Shown here: in pieces, positions 60,371 to 64,000 of the stretch
Position numbering within the stretch: position 1 is the stretch's first letter
Layout: each line of letters starts with the position of its first letter
Source of the DNA: the human T2T-CHM13v2.0 reference genome, Homo sapiens
Assembly: GCF_009914755.1 (NCBI RefSeq)
Contig: NC_060944.1
Direction: 5' to 3' (one strand)
Length of the DNA stretch: 64,000 nt
Notes under the pieces: model-generated
Databases searched by the model: none
What the model was told of the DNA's origin: nothing
The model's input: the letters and a program-made list of their open reading frames with translations, nothing else
Made by a program: the position numbers and the translations under genes

Positions 60371-61100
60371 TAAGCAGAGGAGTTGAATTTAAGTTTTTTT
60401 TTTTTAAAAGCAAAATCATGTGAGACAGAAAACCTGGAAAAAGCCAGGAGACCTGGGGGCTGGCCCTGACAGGTGTACCAATTAATTACTGCTCCTTCAG
60501 GACTGTAGATTTCTAGTCTCGAAAGCAGGGCTAATCCTCTCTGGCCTACCTGTCCCACACCTCATATGTGTGGAGGATCCCTTCCAGGGTCTGCAAAAGC
60601 ACTTTTAAAAGCATCAGTGAAAGGGACTCCCACCCACGCGTGCACATGATGCTCACCAAAGCTTATTAAGGTCACTGCTCCCTCTACTCTGACTTAGCAA
60701 GGCTGACGCTGCCATCAAAGGACACCAGTTCAGGAACATAATTTCTCCTCTAAACCATACTTATCTTTACCTTGTACTCACTTGATTGCCTGGGTTTCCA
60801 AGGACTGATAATTTGGTTATTTTTACCCGCAACAGGGTTCAAAAAGCAATGTGGGTTTTATAATTCAACACATGGCAGCAATGCTTCGTGGCCTGCCATG
60901 AGGAGGATCAGGCATAGTTGTAGACTGGCTCCTTCTGGGTTGGCTGGGGTTACAACTCTATCAAGCTACTTTCAATTTGGCTTCTCGGTTTTTATCTTAG
61001 CTAGTATGTAAATTTTAATTTGGGTTCAGACTCTTCCCAAGAGTTCTGAATAACTAAAACCAAGACGAGGAGTTTAAAAATAAAAAGCTAGATAACCTGA

Positions 61101-61356
61101 GGCTGGGTGCAGTGGCTCACGTCTGTAATCCCAGCACTTTGGGAGGCTGAGGCAAGTGGATTGCTTGAAGCCAGAAGTTCAAGACCAGCCTGGCCAACAT
61201 GGTGAAACTCTGTACTAAAAATACAAAAATCAGTCAGACGTGGTGGCACACACCTGTAATCCCAGCTTGGGATGTTGAACCCAGGAGGCACAGGTTGCAG
61301 TGAGCTGAGATTGCGCCACTGCACTCCAGCCTGGGTGACAGAGCAAGACTCTGTCT

Positions 61357-61395
<39 letters not shown>
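61101..61395 (+). mobile_element. AluS with internal deletions and A38 tail
   Basis: TSD aa(a/g)gctagataac; pure A run at 61358-61395. Confidence 0.9.
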
Positions 61396-61398
<3 letters not shown>

Positions 61399-62311
61399 TA
61401 GATAACTTGAGGGACTTAGCTTAGCTCCTCTCTTTCCCTCTTTAACATAAAATCAGTGCTCCAGAAAGGGACAATGTGTCTGTCTACACCCCTCAGCACC
61501 ACAGTGGACCAGGCATGAAAGGAGTTGTTTTTGGTTTTTTGTTCACCCTAATAGGCCTTCTTGGATCTGAAAAAAATTAAAACTACAGCTAACAATCATT
61601 TTGTTGCTGTTGTTCCTCAGGATCCCTGATCACTGTATGTCTATTCTTGCAAAGCCCATAGAATCTCAGGGTCACCTAGATTCTTAACATTTTGAAATTC
61701 CTTCTAGCTTAAACCCTTATATAAGATTTCCCTATAGGATCAGATCTATTTTCTTCATTGTTGTAAACTTTTTATTTCTGTTGAGTTACTGAAAGGAATC
61801 TAAATCAAATGCACTGACCTTAAGCCACACAGTTTTGACAATGACATGAATAAATGGCTTTTTTGCTCACCTTAACAAAGATCAAATTTATTTGTATTTT
61901 TGTTCAGTTCCTGAAAAATTAACTGCCCCTATATTAAAGTGCAAGTTCCTAACATCCCAAGGCTGTTCTACTTTAGCCAGTTTGAAGCACCTTATCTAGG
62001 GGAAGAACAAACTATTTCCCCTTAACACCATACATAGCATCTATTGAATGAAAACACACAAGCCCCTGCCCAAATTATATGAGTGAGGCAGCCAAACTGC
62101 TATGATTGTCTATGATCTTCAATTTTCTACAACATGACCACAGTTACTAAGCTACTCGAATTTTCAGTCCAAGGCCTATGACCTTTGGTGAGGGTAGGCA
62201 GGTCTGTTTCAGAAGCTGTAAAAATATGAAGCACTCTCTCCCCTAAAACCCAACCCCCCGTCGTGTGTGAACTAGTTTATCCAAAATGCCACAAGATCCT
62301 ACATACTGTAC

Positions 62312-63883
62312 CTTGACTATGGCAGTTTCCGTCTCTATCATAATCATCTTTATTCTCAAAATCCATGTCTTCTGATTTGAGCTCACTTCCTTCAAGAGGA
62401 TATGTGGGGAAAACGTTTTGCCCCTCTGCACTTTCTTTCCAAGGTTCTTTTAAAAGCTCATGCTTCACTTTAAACGGCTGTGATGGAATAGCAGTGGGTT
62501 CACCCTCCATGGCGATAGTATTGGTTTTACTTTTGAACAGATCTGGGATATAAGCCTTGGGTTTCTCGATTTCAAATTCATCATTCTCGAGGCCATGCAT
62601 CCACCTCTCCATGTGTTTGCAGTGGCACTGACAGGCTGCTGGAGCGGGGAAAGCCCTCTGTAGCCCAGGAGTCTGGTTTGCCACCTCTAAGCTTCCTTTC
62701 TTGGTTTCATCTTGGAAGCCTTGGTTCTTTTCCCTTGAGATGTTAGTAGTGGGCTCCGTGAGATGCAATACCTCTGGCCTTTCCCCCATGCCTACTGCCA
62801 TGGCTAAGTTTTCCTCCTCGTTTTCCTCCTCTTCTTCCTCCTCATCACTGTGGTTCTGACTCAAAATCAATTTACTTTCTAAGCTTTTGTTTTCCAATAA
62901 ATCAATTAATTGCTGATCTGATGACAGGTTTCTTTTGGAGTCACAGACACTAAGACTGCACATATCTACAAACCCACTTTCATTTCCTGGATTCAAGGAA
63001 GGGGAAGCTAAACACTTGGCTTCCAGCTGGCCAATGTTTTCAGGTCTCTGTCCTGCCTCACTGCAGCAGAGCTCCCCTTCCTTTGAAATAGACATCAACA
63101 AATGTTTTCCATTTTTGATGTTTGCTTGAGCTACTCCTCCTGCTTCTAAGCTACCCATAAAAGTAGGGCCAGAAGCTATTTCTGCCTCAGGGCCACCAGA
63201 CTGGCAGTTCCCATCTTTGCTTATTGAGATGGTAATAACATCTTTTCTAGATTCAGTATTGGTACTTGGGCTCTCCTGAAAAGAGCTTGGTTCTTGGCTG
63301 AGCACCTTCTTACCATACATCATGCTCTCTAAGGACTCAGGCAGCAGACTTTCATCATGGTTGATGGAAATGACATCCTGAACTTTAGAAATAAAGTTTT
63401 CACATGTCACATCAGGCAGGCTGAGATGATCATCTCTGCTTTCTACTCTCACTAGATTTTCAGGTTCATTTTCAAGGGACTCTGAAGTCCTACTCATTTG
63501 AGAATATGTAAGAGATTCATATAACTTGGAGTTGGTCTGGTAAAGGCAACAGAGATTTCCTGGTGCCTGGGTGCCAGATCTTTTATGCTGGGCATAGTTT
63601 CTATAGGCATCCAGGAAGGACAGCTGGGGGTCGTTCATGATGTAACAGTCAGTGCGGTTCAGCCCATGTTTGGCAGTGCCGATGAGCAGGTCTCGATCAT
63701 GCTTCCCACACTCCCACCAGACTGGGAGGTAGAGGCTGGGCCTGCACAGCTGGAGGCGTTCATGCAGCTGAGGGCACTTGAGCACTTGCTCTCGGACTTT
63801 CCGTAACAGTTCAATGCGGTACAGAGTTCTTGCAGCACGTTCCTCAGTGATGGGTTCAACGTAGATGGTGGTATCTGGGGGAC
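62312..63883 (-). CDS. CHD6: CHD6 large exon (1572 nt)
   Basis: Acceptor ctctccAG and donor GTACAG. Contains [26 protein letters not shown]...[22 protein letters not shown] (CHD6-9 conserved region); phases fit the downstream exon. Confidence 0.96.
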
Positions 63884-64000
63884 CTGGAGAGAAAGGGAAA
63901 TAAAGCCTATCACTGAAGGTGACCTCAGACACTCCCCGCCCACCTGAGCCCCTGCATCTTTGGTCTTGGAGTTTAGCTCCCTGGCTCCTCAGCATGGCAG

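Overview
Primate, almost certainly human, genomic DNA from the LPIN3-EMILIN3-CHD6 interval (chr20q12 from general knowledge). It contains the last three coding exons and 3' UTR of LPIN3 (+), the complete 4-exon EMILIN3 gene (-, 766 aa, CpG-island promoter), about 35 kb of repeat-rich intergenic DNA, and the last seven coding exons plus 3' UTR of CHD6 (-). The most notable unexplained structures are: (1) a decayed ZMYM1-like hAT-transposase-domain coding relic at about 23.0-24.9 kb, split by two Alus; (2) a candidate two-exon KLRG2-like type II C-type lectin pseudogene at about 16.4-17.6 kb; (3) a 112-bp, about 90% identical copy of EMILIN3 coding sequence in its own 3' UTR; (4) a TSD-flanked retroposed MaLR LTR transcript end, carrying a nested AluY, inserted into a long palindrome at about 33 kb; and (5) a tailless U3 snoRNA retrocopy. 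Homology calls come from manual translation compared with remembered protein and RNA sequences, not database searches. Repeat boundaries and subfamilies are approximate.
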